The notes under the pieces: generated by a model | Seen by the model: the letters and a program-made list of their open reading frames with translations, nothing else | What the model was told of the DNA's origin: nothing | Databases searched by the model: none | DNA from: Diplonema japonicum | Lineage: Eukaryota > Protista > Euglenozoa: Diplonemea | Reading direction: 5' to 3' | DNA: 64,000 bases | Assembly (NCBI GenBank): GCA_964019335.1 | Contig: OZ025700.1 | Location: 434,001 to 498,000 of the forward strand | Shown here: positions 44,412 to 54,558 of the stretch, piece after piece | How the letters are laid out: the number at the start of each line of letters is the position of its first letter | How positions within the stretch are numbered: position 1 is the first letter of the stretch | Position numbers and translations under genes: made by a program

Positions 44412-45941
44412 CTACAGCTTGGCCTCCTTGGAGATCCCCTTCGTTGCCGTGCGAATGGCGAAGTCTGCCATGACTTCTTCGGAGCCACCCAGGATGGCAG
44501 AGAATTTGTAGTTCCTGATGAACTGTTCCACTTTGTAGCCCATGCCGCTTTTCGTCACAGCACGGCCTCCGAAGATTTGTGCAGCGTTGTCAGCAATCTT
44601 GCAGGACACACGTGTCGAATGGTACTTCAGAAGGGACATGGGTCCCCCGAGCCTCTTGGTCTGCTGCTGAAGAGACATCTGTGTCATCTGGAACGTGATG
44701 GCGTCCAGCCAGTGCTGCAGTGACTCGGCGCCCGCTGCCATTTCAGCCAACTTCTGCCTGACCACAGCCTGGGTAATGAGAGGTTTGCCGAAAACCTTCC
44801 TCTGCACAGCCCACTTGAAGCACTCCTCGATGACAACCCTACATCTCTCAGCAAGTGCCACCACCATGCCCCACCTCTCGTGGTTGAAATTGGCCATGAT
44901 GCACATGAAGCCTTTGTTCTCTTTCCCGAGCAAGTTCTCAACAGGCACCTTGACATCTGTGAACATCACATAGGCTGTGCCTGCGCTCTGGGAGTAGGTG
45001 GTCTGGATCTGCTTCGTTCTCACTCCCTCGCTCCTAGGTACTACGAGCATTGAGATACCACCCATTCCAGCCCCTCCCGTCCTCACAGCAGTTACAAAGT
45101 AGTCCGCAAAAACTCCGCCTGTGATCCACTTTTTCTCACCATTCACGATGTAGTACTTTCCACAGGGCGTCTTTTCCGCAGTGCACTTGATCTGCGCAAC
45201 GTCACTTCCCACGTACGGCTCCGAGATGGCCAAGCAGATCCTTTTGTCACCAGACAGCACTTCAGTGAGCACACGCTTCTTCAAAACCGGAGGCGCGAAG
45301 TAAGCCACAGGTGGGAGGCCGATACCAAGACCTCCTCCCAAACCATCTGTGAACCCCTGAGAGCCCATCCTCGCCACTTCCTGCTGGAATATCATCTCAT
45401 GGAAGGTGTTAAAGTCTTCGCCCTTAATACCACCGATGGTGTGCCCATTCAACCAAGGACCGGGCCCTAGACAGGAGATCAGGACACCTGTGGACGCGAT
45501 CCTCTTGTACAATTCGGGCGTGGGGTACTTTCCAGCAACATCGAGCGCCTGGCATTCAGCACTGTATTTCTCAGTAAGCTCCTGCCTGAGGTGCTTCTTC
45601 ATCTCTATGTGAGAGGGGCTGAAGTACGGAGACTTGTAACCCTGGAGTGCAATCATCTCAGCATAAGGCACAGTGCTCATGAGCTGCGGTTTCTCGGGCA
45701 ACTTAACGCCAGCAACCTTTGCCACCACCAACCTCTGGTACCTGTCCAGAACGTCCCTTCTGTGTAGCTCCCAGAAGGCCTCTGAAGCATCTTTTCCAGC
45801 GTGGTTCTTCATGACCCTCTCGCCACCAGGGTGCATGGCTGCGAACTTGCTGATGTCGTAAACCAACCCATCAACCACCACCCACATGTCACCCGATTGG
45901 GTGTGCTTCTTTACCTCATCCATGGTGACTGTCTTGGCCAT
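44412..45941 (-). CDS. Cytochrome b5-fused acyl-CoA dehydrogenase with PTS1-like -AKL
   Basis: HPGG cytb5 domain; CLAISEPYVGSD, NGEKKWITGG, NFNHERW, AQIFGG and ILGGSEEVM; ends AKL. Confidence 0.92.
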   Translation of the reverse strand: MAKTVTMDEVKKHTQSGDMWVVVDGLVYDISKFAAMHPGGERVMKNHAGKDASEAFWELHRRDVLDRYQRLVVAKVAGVKLPEKPQLMSTVPYAEMIALQGYKSPYFSPSHIEMKKHLRQELTEKYSAECQALDVAGKYPTPELYKRIASTGVLISCLGPGPWLNGHTIGGIKGEDFNTFHEMIFQQEVARMGSQGFTDGLGGGLGIGLPPVAYFAPPVLKKRVLTEVLSGDKRICLAISEPYVGSDVAQIKCTAEKTPCGKYYIVNGEKKWITGGVFADYFVTAVRTGGAGMGGISMLVVPRSEGVRTKQIQTTYSQSAGTAYVMFTDVKVPVENLLGKENKGFMCIMANFNHERWGMVVALAERCRVVIEECFKWAVQRKVFGKPLITQAVVRQKLAEMAAGAESLQHWLDAITFQMTQMSLQQQTKRLGGPMSLLKYHSTRVSCKIADNAAQIFGGRAVTKSGMGYKVEQFIRNYKFSAILGGSEEVMADFAIRTATKGISKEAKL

Positions 45942-46043
45942 TTTAAATCTCTTCTGTGGAGTGTGGAGTGTTGAAAACAATGGACCCTTTTTATTGCAGT
46001 AATAAAAGGATTTGGGGAAAGAAATATCAACGCCCAGCAAGGC

Positions 46044-46455
46044 CTAGTAGAGTTTTAGCAGCTCAACATCAAAGGTGAGCTCGGAGTTGGGGGGAATGGG
46101 GCCGATCCCGCGTGGCCCATAAGCAACCTGTGCTGAGTTGTTCTGACGTGTGATGTCATACCTCTGGTGCGCAAGTCAGGCGCGCTTTCTCTCCGAGGCT
46201 CATGGCAGCCACACCCTTGTCCCAACATTTAATAACTTGCCCTGCGCCAACCGCGAATTGGAACGGCTCATTTCTGTGGTGAGACGAGTCAAACACTGTC
46301 CCATTGTCAAGGGTGCCAGTGTAATGCACATTCACGTTTTGATACTCTCTTGCATAGGTCTTACCGTCACCTTCTTTAAGCGTCTCGACTGTCACACCAG
46401 GCGCCACCTGGCGCACTTTGGGAGCTTCTTCCTCCTTGCTTGACTTACCGCCCAT
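46044..46455 (-). CDS. FKBP-type peptidyl-prolyl isomerase with N-myristoylation motif; intron 46128-46161
   Basis: VHYTGTL, FDSS, GQVIKCWDKGV. A 34-nt intron gives ...[31 protein letters not shown]. N-terminus MGGKSS. Confidence 0.92.
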
Positions 46456-46848
46456 TTGCAATGAGTCCTGTAATGCTTATTGGCTTGTACAAAGGCAGTC
46501 ATAATAAACATATGTGTGTGGAGGTATCTGGCAACGATCTCAAGAAGTTCTAAGGGGTGAAAAAGGGCGGCTTCTTCTAAGCCGTGCATGCAAAGTATAA
46601 TTGCAGCATTACAAAGCGCTTGTGTTGCTGGTACAATTTGGTGTACTTCACATGGCGCTGTGCCGCGAGGGAATGTACATGAGATGACGGGTCTTGGGAT
46701 TAGACCACATCGTCGGTGCCGTGATGTAGTAGCATAGTGAGCTCATCACGGCAGCGAAGGGGGTGCTTAAAATTCACTCTAACAACGGTCGATGTTTACA
46801 AGGACATGTGTCCGCAGAGCAGAAGAGTTGATCTAAATAGATGGTGTA

Positions 46849-47844
46849 TTATGTGTGTTTCACGTGGCAACCTGGGCTGCATTTTCGCAAGGTGGCGCCC
46901 CGTTTGATGAGTCGCTTGCGGGAGTCTGACCTCACGGGCTGCTTCTTCGGTGTGCCATAAGTAGGTGTTGGTGCACGGGGAGTGCTAAACACTGCGGAGG
47001 TATGCCTCCTGATACGCGGCGAGGGGGGTTGGTGGGTCTGTGATATAATATGATGTCTGTTGCGCTCTCTTTTCTGTTTGTAAACAAGAACGTCTATGTC
47101 CGACTGGCACTTCACAATCAGCTGGTTTAGCTCGTGCCACAGGTTCTGTTGCAGTTTTGTGCGAGCTGTCTGCTCTGCCGTCTGCAGCTTACGCCTGTCT
47201 CCCGAGCCAGCAGGTTGCTTCTTGACCGATGTCCTCCTTCCCGGCCTCGGGGCGGACCTCGACCTGTACGGCATGCCTGACATGGTGCGGGCTGCCTGTG
47301 CTTTGGCGGCTGTTGTAAGCTTCTTGTACTTCAAGCCTCCAAAGCTCGGGCTAGCAAGCTCATCTCTCTCGCCAAGACAGAAACCCTGGTTCTTGCTACC
47401 ATTCTTCCACCAGTACACAAAGCAGTCGAACATCCCAATGATGACCCCGATCTCTCCCTTGTTTGTCTCGATCTGATCACCGTGCCTCAGAGGCATCTTG
47501 AACGCTGATTCGTGTGTATCGACAGTCCTCCGCCTCCCGTCCTTGCAGTCTATGATCAGTGCTTGCTTCACAGGAGCCATGGGTGTCAGGTGGATGACCT
47601 TCTTCTTCTTCTTTCCGGCCCCTGTACTAAGCGTCCTGTTATACGATGCCCTAGACCCTATGTCCTTTAGCACATCGTAAGCTTCTTGGATTTCCCGAAA
47701 GGTATCCGCATCCCCTTTGGACCTATCCGGGTGGTGCACCAGTGCCTCACGGCGATAAGCCTCCTTCACATCTTTCAGTGACGCGGTGAGGTTCAGACCT
47801 AACCTGGAGTACAGGCTGTCCTCCAGGGGGTCCTTGGCCACCAT
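46849..47844 (-). CDS. J-domain (DnaJ type III) protein
   Basis: LYSRLGL...VKEAYRREALVHHPDR...FREIQEAYDVL. Confidence 0.9.
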   Translation of the reverse strand: MVAKDPLEDSLYSRLGLNLTASLKDVKEAYRREALVHHPDRSKGDADTFREIQEAYDVLKDIGSRASYNRTLSTGAGKKKKKVIHLTPMAPVKQALIIDCKDGRRRTVDTHESAFKMPLRHGDQIETNKGEIGVIIGMFDCFVYWWKNGSKNQGFCLGERDELASPSFGGLKYKKLTTAAKAQAARTMSGMPYRSRSAPRPGRRTSVKKQPAGSGDRRKLQTAEQTARTKLQQNLWHELNQLIVKCQSDIDVLVYKQKRERNRHHIISQTHQPPSPRIRRHTSAVFSTPRAPTPTYGTPKKQPVRSDSRKRLIKRGATLRKCSPGCHVKHT

Positions 47845-47969
47845 TTTGTAATGTTCCTTTTTTTAATTTGATTTTTTTTTTTTTTTTTCGTTTTGTTTTC
47901 ACGAGAAGAAACTCAAGACTAAAATAAGAATAACAGCGCAGCATTATTAAATGCTGCTCACGCATGGTG

Positions 47970-50555
47970 TTAATTATTAACAAGCTGAATAGAAAAGTTG
48001 GCGTTCGACCATACCTTTAGTGCAAAGGTTTCGGTTGACTTAGTGGTACCAATGTCGGGGATGAGGATGTAGAGGCCGCTTTGCAAGTGGGTGTTGAGAT
48101 GCACTGTGGGGTGTGCTTTTGCGTCTTCGTCGTCGATAAGGTCAATCATGTTCGATGTGAACAGCTGCAGACAGCGGGACCCTTTGGGTAGTGGCTCGTC
48201 TGGCGACTTCGCGCGAAACAAGTGCAGCTGTAGCCTGACACCATCGGGCATCTTATGTTTCACGAACCTCCTGTCCATCAGAGACAACTCGCACGTGATG
48301 AAACTGTTGTGGAACAGGCGCAACGCGTACTGGTTGTTGTCGAAGAACTGTTCCTCATTCGAGAACAGCGACCCTCCGCAGTGCTCTTCAAAAGAACCGT
48401 ACACGGCACACTTCTGGTAACTACTGAAGTGCCAGCACGTCAGAAGGTATTCATGGTACTTCATATAGTCACAGAAGGTCAGCCATGTACCATGCTTCTT
48501 GGGGTCTTCAAGCACTTGGAGGGTGCTCAGTTTGTTCACAACATCTTCTGGAACTGACTCCGGCAGCGATGCAGGCGTGGGCCCGTTGAAGGGGTTAGCG
48601 CACAGCACAAAGTGCTTCATCCCCTCTCCATACTCAAAAGAAGCGATGGTCCGCAGATAGCTATGTGCACCCATCGTGAGGCCCATTCTTGCGAAGTCGC
48701 GTTCATTAGCAACACCACGAAGCAACACTTTCCCTTCTTCGCCATGTGTTTTGGATATCATCACACACAATGATTTCTCGTCGTCTCTTGCCCTCAGGTT
48801 CTCGATCCACCCACCCCTGTCTGTGAGAAGTGTGTACAGCGATGTTTCGGACAGGCCACCGCTTAGCATCTCCCATGCTCTGCAGGGGACATGTTTGCCT
48901 TTTGCATGTTGGAGGTCGGAATATGATCCTTCTAGCTTGGCGAGCACCTTCTCTACCAATATAGGATAGATTTCGGTCTCGTTCCTGCTACACAAAGATG
49001 CAATGGCACCACTGTCTTTGTAGACGGGCACAAAGTCATCGACGAGAACGTACAGCCACTCGGTGTTCACGAACACTTTCACCGCATAACAACCATAGAA
49101 GTCAGTGCCATCAGAAGGGCTGAAAGCATACTCAAACTCACTAGCCTCCGGCAGAGATGCCACAACGAACGGGAGCCATGGGGTATCGAAGTGGCCGGGT
49201 TTTAACCCCCATGAATTGGTGCTTGCTGCTGTAATGCATGTGTAGTGCAGCATCTCACTAAGGCGCCTCCATTCTAATGTGTCATCGGAAGGTGGTTCCG
49301 TTGTGCGCGCACCGTACAAAGAGTACCGAGAGGGGGGGAAGTCAGGGTCAATGAACATGGAGTCAGATTGGAAGCACTGCGTGCATGTGTCTAACACAGG
49401 GTTGGATGTGTACAGAAGACGGGTACCTTCGTACCGTTCATGCTTCGACAGGTCGATGCCAAAACCCACCCCGCTCTGCGTTCGCTGGCATATGGGATGA
49501 CAGGGGATCACGTGCTCGTTGCTCCCGAACGGTGTGTCGCCATATACACGGATGAAGTCAGCGAATGTCCTCACGTGGCTCATCTTTGTGTCTACATCAA
49601 GAGGCGGATACCTGCCGAAGCCCTTGATGTGCGTCTTCATCAAGTAGCGCTCACCATCCGTGATGCATTTTTGGGCAGCCGCTTTCCGCGACTCGAACGT
49701 TTCGTTGGTCTGCAAGCTTGCTGACTTCTCTTCCACACGTGCCGAGCGGTCCTTCGCCCCCTGGCCTATTTCAAACGTAGCACCTGAGATATGAAGTTTC
49801 GTTCTTACGTTAGCAGCATTCGCGGCGTCCTGACTCCTTTGATCCATGATGTACCTGGGGTGTTGTATCGTGCGGATGTCAGCACTGCCCTTTGTTGCTG
49901 TTGCCCCTGTACTGCCAAACTCGACAACGTACTGCTCGTTGCTCAGGATTTCGACGATGGTCGCCTCCTGGTATGCATCACGCAGGGTGTCCACGGCGGC
50001 TATCACAGCTGTCCCAAACACCACGCATTCGGGTTTCAGGAAAATATCGGCGACAACACCTTTGTGTCCTTCTGGAAGCCACAAAGGCTGTCCCCATTCA
50101 CCGTTGCTGTCCATAAATCTCACTTTGATAGGGTCACCATGCCGCGATTTATCTACCTCAAGAATTGGGACATGCAGGTATGTGAAGTCGCCAGCATAGG
50201 CATACACCCCTTGTTCTTCAACCCACAGGCTGTCTTTCTCTGCTTCAAAGTTGAAATACTCGTCAGGTTCTTCGTCTTTGTGATCCTGCACTTTCTCTAG
50301 TTCGCCGTTCAAGAACGCTAGGCACAACGCTGGGTTCTTGTTTCCCAGCACTTCTTCAAGCACCTTTTCTATCTCGCTGCTTACAAGGTCTTTATGTTTT
50401 AAGAAATTGACTTTCGTCATAATATCACTGTCACCCAAAACTCTCAAGAACTCCGTCCCCAATCCCACCCGTCTCTGACTCTCGGCCGTATCATGGTATT
50501 TCCCAATCTTGCTGTAGGCTTCGTACTCGTGAAGCCATGCCTGTGCCGTTGTCAT
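47970..50555 (-). CDS. Calpain-like protein (non-catalytic CysPc + domain III) with N-terminal Pex14_N-like and Tudor/SH3-like segments
   Basis: FIDPDFPP, LEWRR, VLVDDFVP, LVEKVLAKLEGSY and domain III GGS..N.QYAL. The catalytic Cys is absent (PGHFDTPWL). Acceptor CACAG precedes ATG 50555. Confidence 0.82.
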   Translation of the reverse strand: MTTAQAWLHEYEAYSKIGKYHDTAESQRRVGLGTEFLRVLGDSDIMTKVNFLKHKDLVSSEIEKVLEEVLGNKNPALCLAFLNGELEKVQDHKDEEPDEYFNFEAEKDSLWVEEQGVYAYAGDFTYLHVPILEVDKSRHGDPIKVRFMDSNGEWGQPLWLPEGHKGVVADIFLKPECVVFGTAVIAAVDTLRDAYQEATIVEILSNEQYVVEFGSTGATATKGSADIRTIQHPRYIMDQRSQDAANAANVRTKLHISGATFEIGQGAKDRSARVEEKSASLQTNETFESRKAAAQKCITDGERYLMKTHIKGFGRYPPLDVDTKMSHVRTFADFIRVYGDTPFGSNEHVIPCHPICQRTQSGVGFGIDLSKHERYEGTRLLYTSNPVLDTCTQCFQSDSMFIDPDFPPSRYSLYGARTTEPPSDDTLEWRRLSEMLHYTCITAASTNSWGLKPGHFDTPWLPFVVASLPEASEFEYAFSPSDGTDFYGCYAVKVFVNTEWLYVLVDDFVPVYKDSGAIASLCSRNETEIYPILVEKVLAKLEGSYSDLQHAKGKHVPCRAWEMLSGGLSETSLYTLLTDRGGWIENLRARDDEKSLCVMISKTHGEEGKVLLRGVANERDFARMGLTMGAHSYLRTIASFEYGEGMKHFVLCANPFNGPTPASLPESVPEDVVNKLSTLQVLEDPKKHGTWLTFCDYMKYHEYLLTCWHFSSYQKCAVYGSFEEHCGGSLFSNEEQFFDNNQYALRLFHNSFITCELSLMDRRFVKHKMPDGVRLQLHLFRAKSPDEPLPKGSRCLQLFTSNMIDLIDDEDAKAHPTVHLNTHLQSGLYILIPDIGTTKSTETFALKVWSNANFSIQLVNN

Positions 50556-50626
50556 GTGTACCTGTGTGACTTGTGGTGGAAAGCGGACACAGATCAGAGT
50601 TGAGTTAGGTATGACTGTGTTAACAA

Positions 50627-52534
50627 TCATGGTGCAGTACAGTCCACACTGTAGTACTCTTCAGGCAAGTGGTGCAGCAAGTCGTCCAGTGTAGTCGCAG
50701 CAGATAAGCTTTCACGCCTCTTCTCGATAGCAGTGTCGTCTGCATGTGTCAGTCGCTTTCGACGCATTCTCTGTGCCTCCACATCGACCTCGGCATTGGC
50801 AAAGCGTTGACGTACTTCATGTTGTACGCATCTCTGCACTTGAAGAGGGACCATTTGGGAGGCATCCGTTCTTTTCATTTGATTGGCCGTGAGACGGTGG
50901 TCCATAGTAACTATCCTACTCTTAATAGGGTAAAACGGGCGAGCTGAGGTTGGTTTCACCTTCGGTCTGACAGGTCTTGCAGCAAGTTGTTTTACTTTCA
51001 CAGGCGAAGCCGTAACAGTGGCAACAATAATACACAACACAGCGACCAAGTACTTTTCTTTGGGCCTCTTGAAGTAGTGTGTTATGGCGTGTTTTGCATC
51101 TTCCTCATATCTCCGCAAGCAGTACATCTGGCTCCTTAAAGTCGGCTTGAAAACAGCTGAAGCGTCAAATTTTTCAATATTGTCGAGCACAGATGCCCAC
51201 CCTTCCTTCTGCACACCAAGGAGCCGTAGCTTTGCTTCGTCCCACGTTCCCTGTCTCGTTTTCGTCAGTGCTTCCATGCGCCTTACGCACCTCTTGATGG
51301 CATCCTTTGTGTCCGATCGGTGGTGCTTCATTGTCTTTTTCTCCCACCCATTTATGTCGGTGACTCTCTTCCTGATAAGCTTCAACGTGGTATATACTTC
51401 TTCCAAGTGGCGCAGGGGATTGTTCTCCGCCGTCACAAGGGTAACGCGCTCGATGCAGTTATTGGTCTTCCACGCGAGGGTGTCCCGCATGTCGAGCAGG
51501 GGGTTGCGTTTCTTCCGCTCGTTGGCCACTGCCATTAGATTTTCGAGCTTTGTAGTGAGATCATCCACAGTAGGGGTGGGGTGCAGGATGGCGTGTGTGA
51601 TCTTCAGGGCCTCCTCCACTGGTGTGGGGTCGTACGACAGCACTTTCTCGTCTAAATGGCATATCGAACTTATGACATCCTGCAGAGCAGACGTCTTACC
51701 AACGAAGTCACTCCAGGTGCCTTCTTCACTATTCATGGATACAAGAGTGTCAACACAAACGCTGCTTGTGTCCCACAGCAGTTGGTCACTCGAGTCCCCG
51801 CCCCTGTGTGATTCGAGCCGTGCACCGACATCACGTTGTACCGTTTTTATAATATCTGTGATCTTTTTGAGCTCGAGTTTACGCTGCTTGAATTCCTGCT
51901 CTTTCGACTCCATGGTGCTGCCCAGTATATTGACACAGTGCGCGGTGCCCTCCCTAATCTCCATGTTTGTCATTTTAGCCTTGTGTTTCCCCGATAGGAT
52001 TAGTGCCTCAACGTTCCGCATGGTGTGCATGATATCGTTCAGGTTTGCTGTCACACTGTGATAGATGCGCTCCCTGTCTCGTGCTAGCTGGTTACGTGTT
52101 GTTATGTTCTTCTCTGCGTACTTCGACAGCAGTGCAAACCTATTTTCGAAAAGCTGCTTCATTTCCTCATGACGTTGCAAGGATTCTGCCTCTTTCCTAT
52201 CCATTATCTCCTTTTGCTTCAGGAGGTCAAAGTACAGCTGTGTCAGCAACTTCACTTGCCCCTCGTGTGTGTTCTCGTCCTGCAGCACAACGCTAAATAT
52301 AAATCTCTCGAAGTTTCTTGTGCTGCTGCCTTCGAAGATGCCCTTCGTTGTCTCTACCAACTCATGGATCAGTAGTGTAAGCATGCTAAGCGAGTCCCCA
52401 TGCTTTGCCCTTAGGTCACCCAGTGTCAGGCCCTCATCAACCCACTTTTGCAACTTGCCCAACAAGTTCAGTCTCAGATTTGTCTTTGAAGCCTCTGAGG
52501 GTTCCTCCGGCGCATCTGAACAAAAGTCTTCCAT
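50627..52534 (-). CDS. Hypothetical coiled-coil protein (635 aa)
   Basis: Long ORF on the coding strand with helical, charged composition. No family recognised. Confidence 0.75.
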   Translation of the reverse strand: MEDFCSDAPEEPSEASKTNLRLNLLGKLQKWVDEGLTLGDLRAKHGDSLSMLTLLIHELVETTKGIFEGSSTRNFERFIFSVVLQDENTHEGQVKLLTQLYFDLLKQKEIMDRKEAESLQRHEEMKQLFENRFALLSKYAEKNITTRNQLARDRERIYHSVTANLNDIMHTMRNVEALILSGKHKAKMTNMEIREGTAHCVNILGSTMESKEQEFKQRKLELKKITDIIKTVQRDVGARLESHRGGDSSDQLLWDTSSVCVDTLVSMNSEEGTWSDFVGKTSALQDVISSICHLDEKVLSYDPTPVEEALKITHAILHPTPTVDDLTTKLENLMAVANERKKRNPLLDMRDTLAWKTNNCIERVTLVTAENNPLRHLEEVYTTLKLIRKRVTDINGWEKKTMKHHRSDTKDAIKRCVRRMEALTKTRQGTWDEAKLRLLGVQKEGWASVLDNIEKFDASAVFKPTLRSQMYCLRRYEEDAKHAITHYFKRPKEKYLVAVLCIIVATVTASPVKVKQLAARPVRPKVKPTSARPFYPIKSRIVTMDHRLTANQMKRTDASQMVPLQVQRCVQHEVRQRFANAEVDVEAQRMRRKRLTHADDTAIEKRRESLSAATTLDDLLHHLPEEYYSVDCTAP

Positions 52535-52756
52535 CTGTGGTGCTTGGAGTGGTACGGTGACATAAGTTAAGGTTTAAATAGGGTGGGGTACGTATGGGTT
52601 ACAAACAAGGGGGGGGGGGGGGGGGGGTACAATTGGTATCTTACTTTGCTATGCTTAGAGCAGCTCAGCTAGACGTTGAGAATAAACAAGATGCCCATAC
52701 TTGGCTTGGGGGACATCAGGGGATGTGGTTTGGTGTAGGGTGAAGACGTTAGTCAG

Positions 52757-53696
52757 TTAGTAGTTGATGTACCCGTACCTCGGGCTGTAGGGACGGTAGT
52801 ACAAGGCAGCGTCTCTGGCAGCCTGGCGCTGGCGGTACTCGGCATCAAGCCTGGCCCTCTCAGCGTTATAAGAAGTGTAGTAGCTGCGGATCTCAGTTTC
52901 ACGCTTGGCACGCGCAGATGCTAGATCGGCCTGAACCAGGGCACTATAGTAGGGTTTGTCGGTGTAGGCACCACGGTTACGGTAGTACAAGCTGTCGACA
53001 ACTGACGGGTACAGGCTGGAGAAGCGTACCCACTCGTCGTAGCTATAAGGCGTTGTTGTCGAATGCAGTGCATACCTCATGTTGCCTGTGCGGTTGTAGT
53101 AGTCACCGATGTAAGCATGGGTGTACGGGATGTCGTACCTGTTGAAGTGGTCCTTGAGCGTGTCATAAGTGATGTATCTCTGTATATAATATATTGTGCA
53201 GCTAGCGACATACGTTGTGCGCGGTGTCCATTGAATAGAACACGCTTCGAAGTTTCTCAGACATGACAGGGTCACGGATGCCCGCCTCCTCCACGGCACG
53301 GGCACGGGCAGGGGAGCCCAACCAAGACTCAGGAGAGTACTTGGGTTGGGGAATGCTACCTGGAGCCTCGCTGTGGCTTAGGGACTCGGGCTGGAAGCAC
53401 CAAATCTGTAGTAGAGTAATTTAAGTTGCACATTAGCACACCTGACCGCCGTTGCGCAGCTGGCTGGAGCTGTAGAGGTCGACCCAGCGAAGGAGCACGT
53501 CGTCATAGACCTGCACGGTTTGGAGCTTGTAGGACACATCAGGGACACCAGCTGGCCTGCGAATGCGCTGCTCCTTGTCAAAGTGAGCTTCGGCAGTGGT
53601 AATAAGCTCAGACATGGTAGGGCAGCTCACGAACTCCAGACGGGTGTTCTGCTTTACGCCGAACAAGTCAGTTCCGACATCAAGGAAGAAGGCCAT
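52757..53696 (-). CDS. BILBO1 N-terminal-domain protein with degenerate EF-hands and Tyr-rich tail; 3 exons (53696-53442, 53405-53214, 53179-52757)
   Basis: MAFFLDVGTDLFGVKQNTRLEFVSCPTMSELITTAEAHF..RRPAGVP...VYDDVLLRWVDL...QIWCFQP resembles the T. brucei BILBO1 NTD as I recall it. Introns 53406-53441 (36 nt) and 53180-53213 (34 nt) give 289 aa. Confidence 0.82.
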
Positions 53697-53809
53697 TGTT
53701 AAAGCTGAAGTAACATTTTAGGGCAGTAGGTAGTAAATAAAACAAAAACACCAGCCCGAAACAAAAACACTGGTTTGTTTAATACAGATGAAAGAACGGA
53801 TGGGGAAGC

Positions 53810-54481
53810 CTACATGGTGGGAGCTGCAGTGGGGAGTTTAGAACCATTTTGAACCATAGTGAAGGCATCGTCACCCCTACCACGGTTGAAAGCACCAAAG
53901 CGTTGGGGCCTGGCCCGCCCCGGTCTGTCGAATGCCTCCTTATCAGTTGGTGCAACGCCCCCAATCCTGGGGTCGGTATCTCTTCTGCCCACGACATGTG
54001 ATCTGATAGTGTTCCCAAAGCCGCTGTAGTAGTGATATTTTGAATACTGACATACAACGTGGCCGGTGAATAGCTGACGACATTCGGCTCATGAGTGAGG
54101 TTGTCAGCGCCGCCTCTCGGTGCGTAGTTCATGCCATACTCTACAAGTGTCTTCATAGCAGTCTCAACCTCTTCCTCCGAGGCATTGTACAAAGCGATGG
54201 ACCTTGTGTGGCCCTGGGCTGTGTTCGATGTCTGTTGCGCCTCTCAGCATACCATAGGTCATCGACACATGTGGGTTGTTGGTCAGCACTTCCCTGCACG
54301 TGAATTTCCATCCAGGGTTCAGCTGCACCACATCATGGAAGTTGCTTTTGAGCCATGACCTGTGTAATTATTGCATTGTCTTTTCTGCATACGTCATCCC
54401 ATGGCTGTGCGCCTCATTGGGATGGAATAAGAATTTCGCCCCTTGAGGGACTGAATGAGAGCAGAAGGCTCTCCAAGACAT
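53810..54481 (-). CDS. NDUFA2: Complex I subunit NDUFA2/CI-B8 (L51/S25/CI-B8 family); 4 exons (54481-54393, 54359-54253, 54218-54056, 54023-53810)
   Basis: Three GTATG..CAG introns (33, 34, 32 nt) give 190 aa: MSWRAFCSHSVPQGAKFLFHPNEAHSHGMTSWLKSNFHDVVQLNPGWKFTCREVLTNNPHVSMTYAQGHTRSIALYNASEEEVETAMKTLVEYGMN... Confidence 0.75.
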
Positions 54482-54558
54482 CTTCAAGCACTGTAATGTG
54501 ATAAGCAAAGTGACACTGAAAAAAGATGAGATATACAACTCTAAGTTAACATTAGCTT

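Noticed and set aside
45942-46046. FKBP stop in frame with the ACAD ORF (likewise EF-hand stop 56974 with the WD40 ORF), suggesting stop readthrough or codon reassignment
   Set aside because: Both upstream proteins end at natural termini (complete FKBP fold; CaaX box), acceptor CAGs precede the downstream ATGs, and no conserved domain in the window needs an internal stop read through.
50556-50640. Fusion of the 635-aa ORF to the calpain by an intron
   Set aside because: The GT..CAG splice I tested (donor GTACTG) is out of frame. The CAG is better explained as a trans-splice acceptor.
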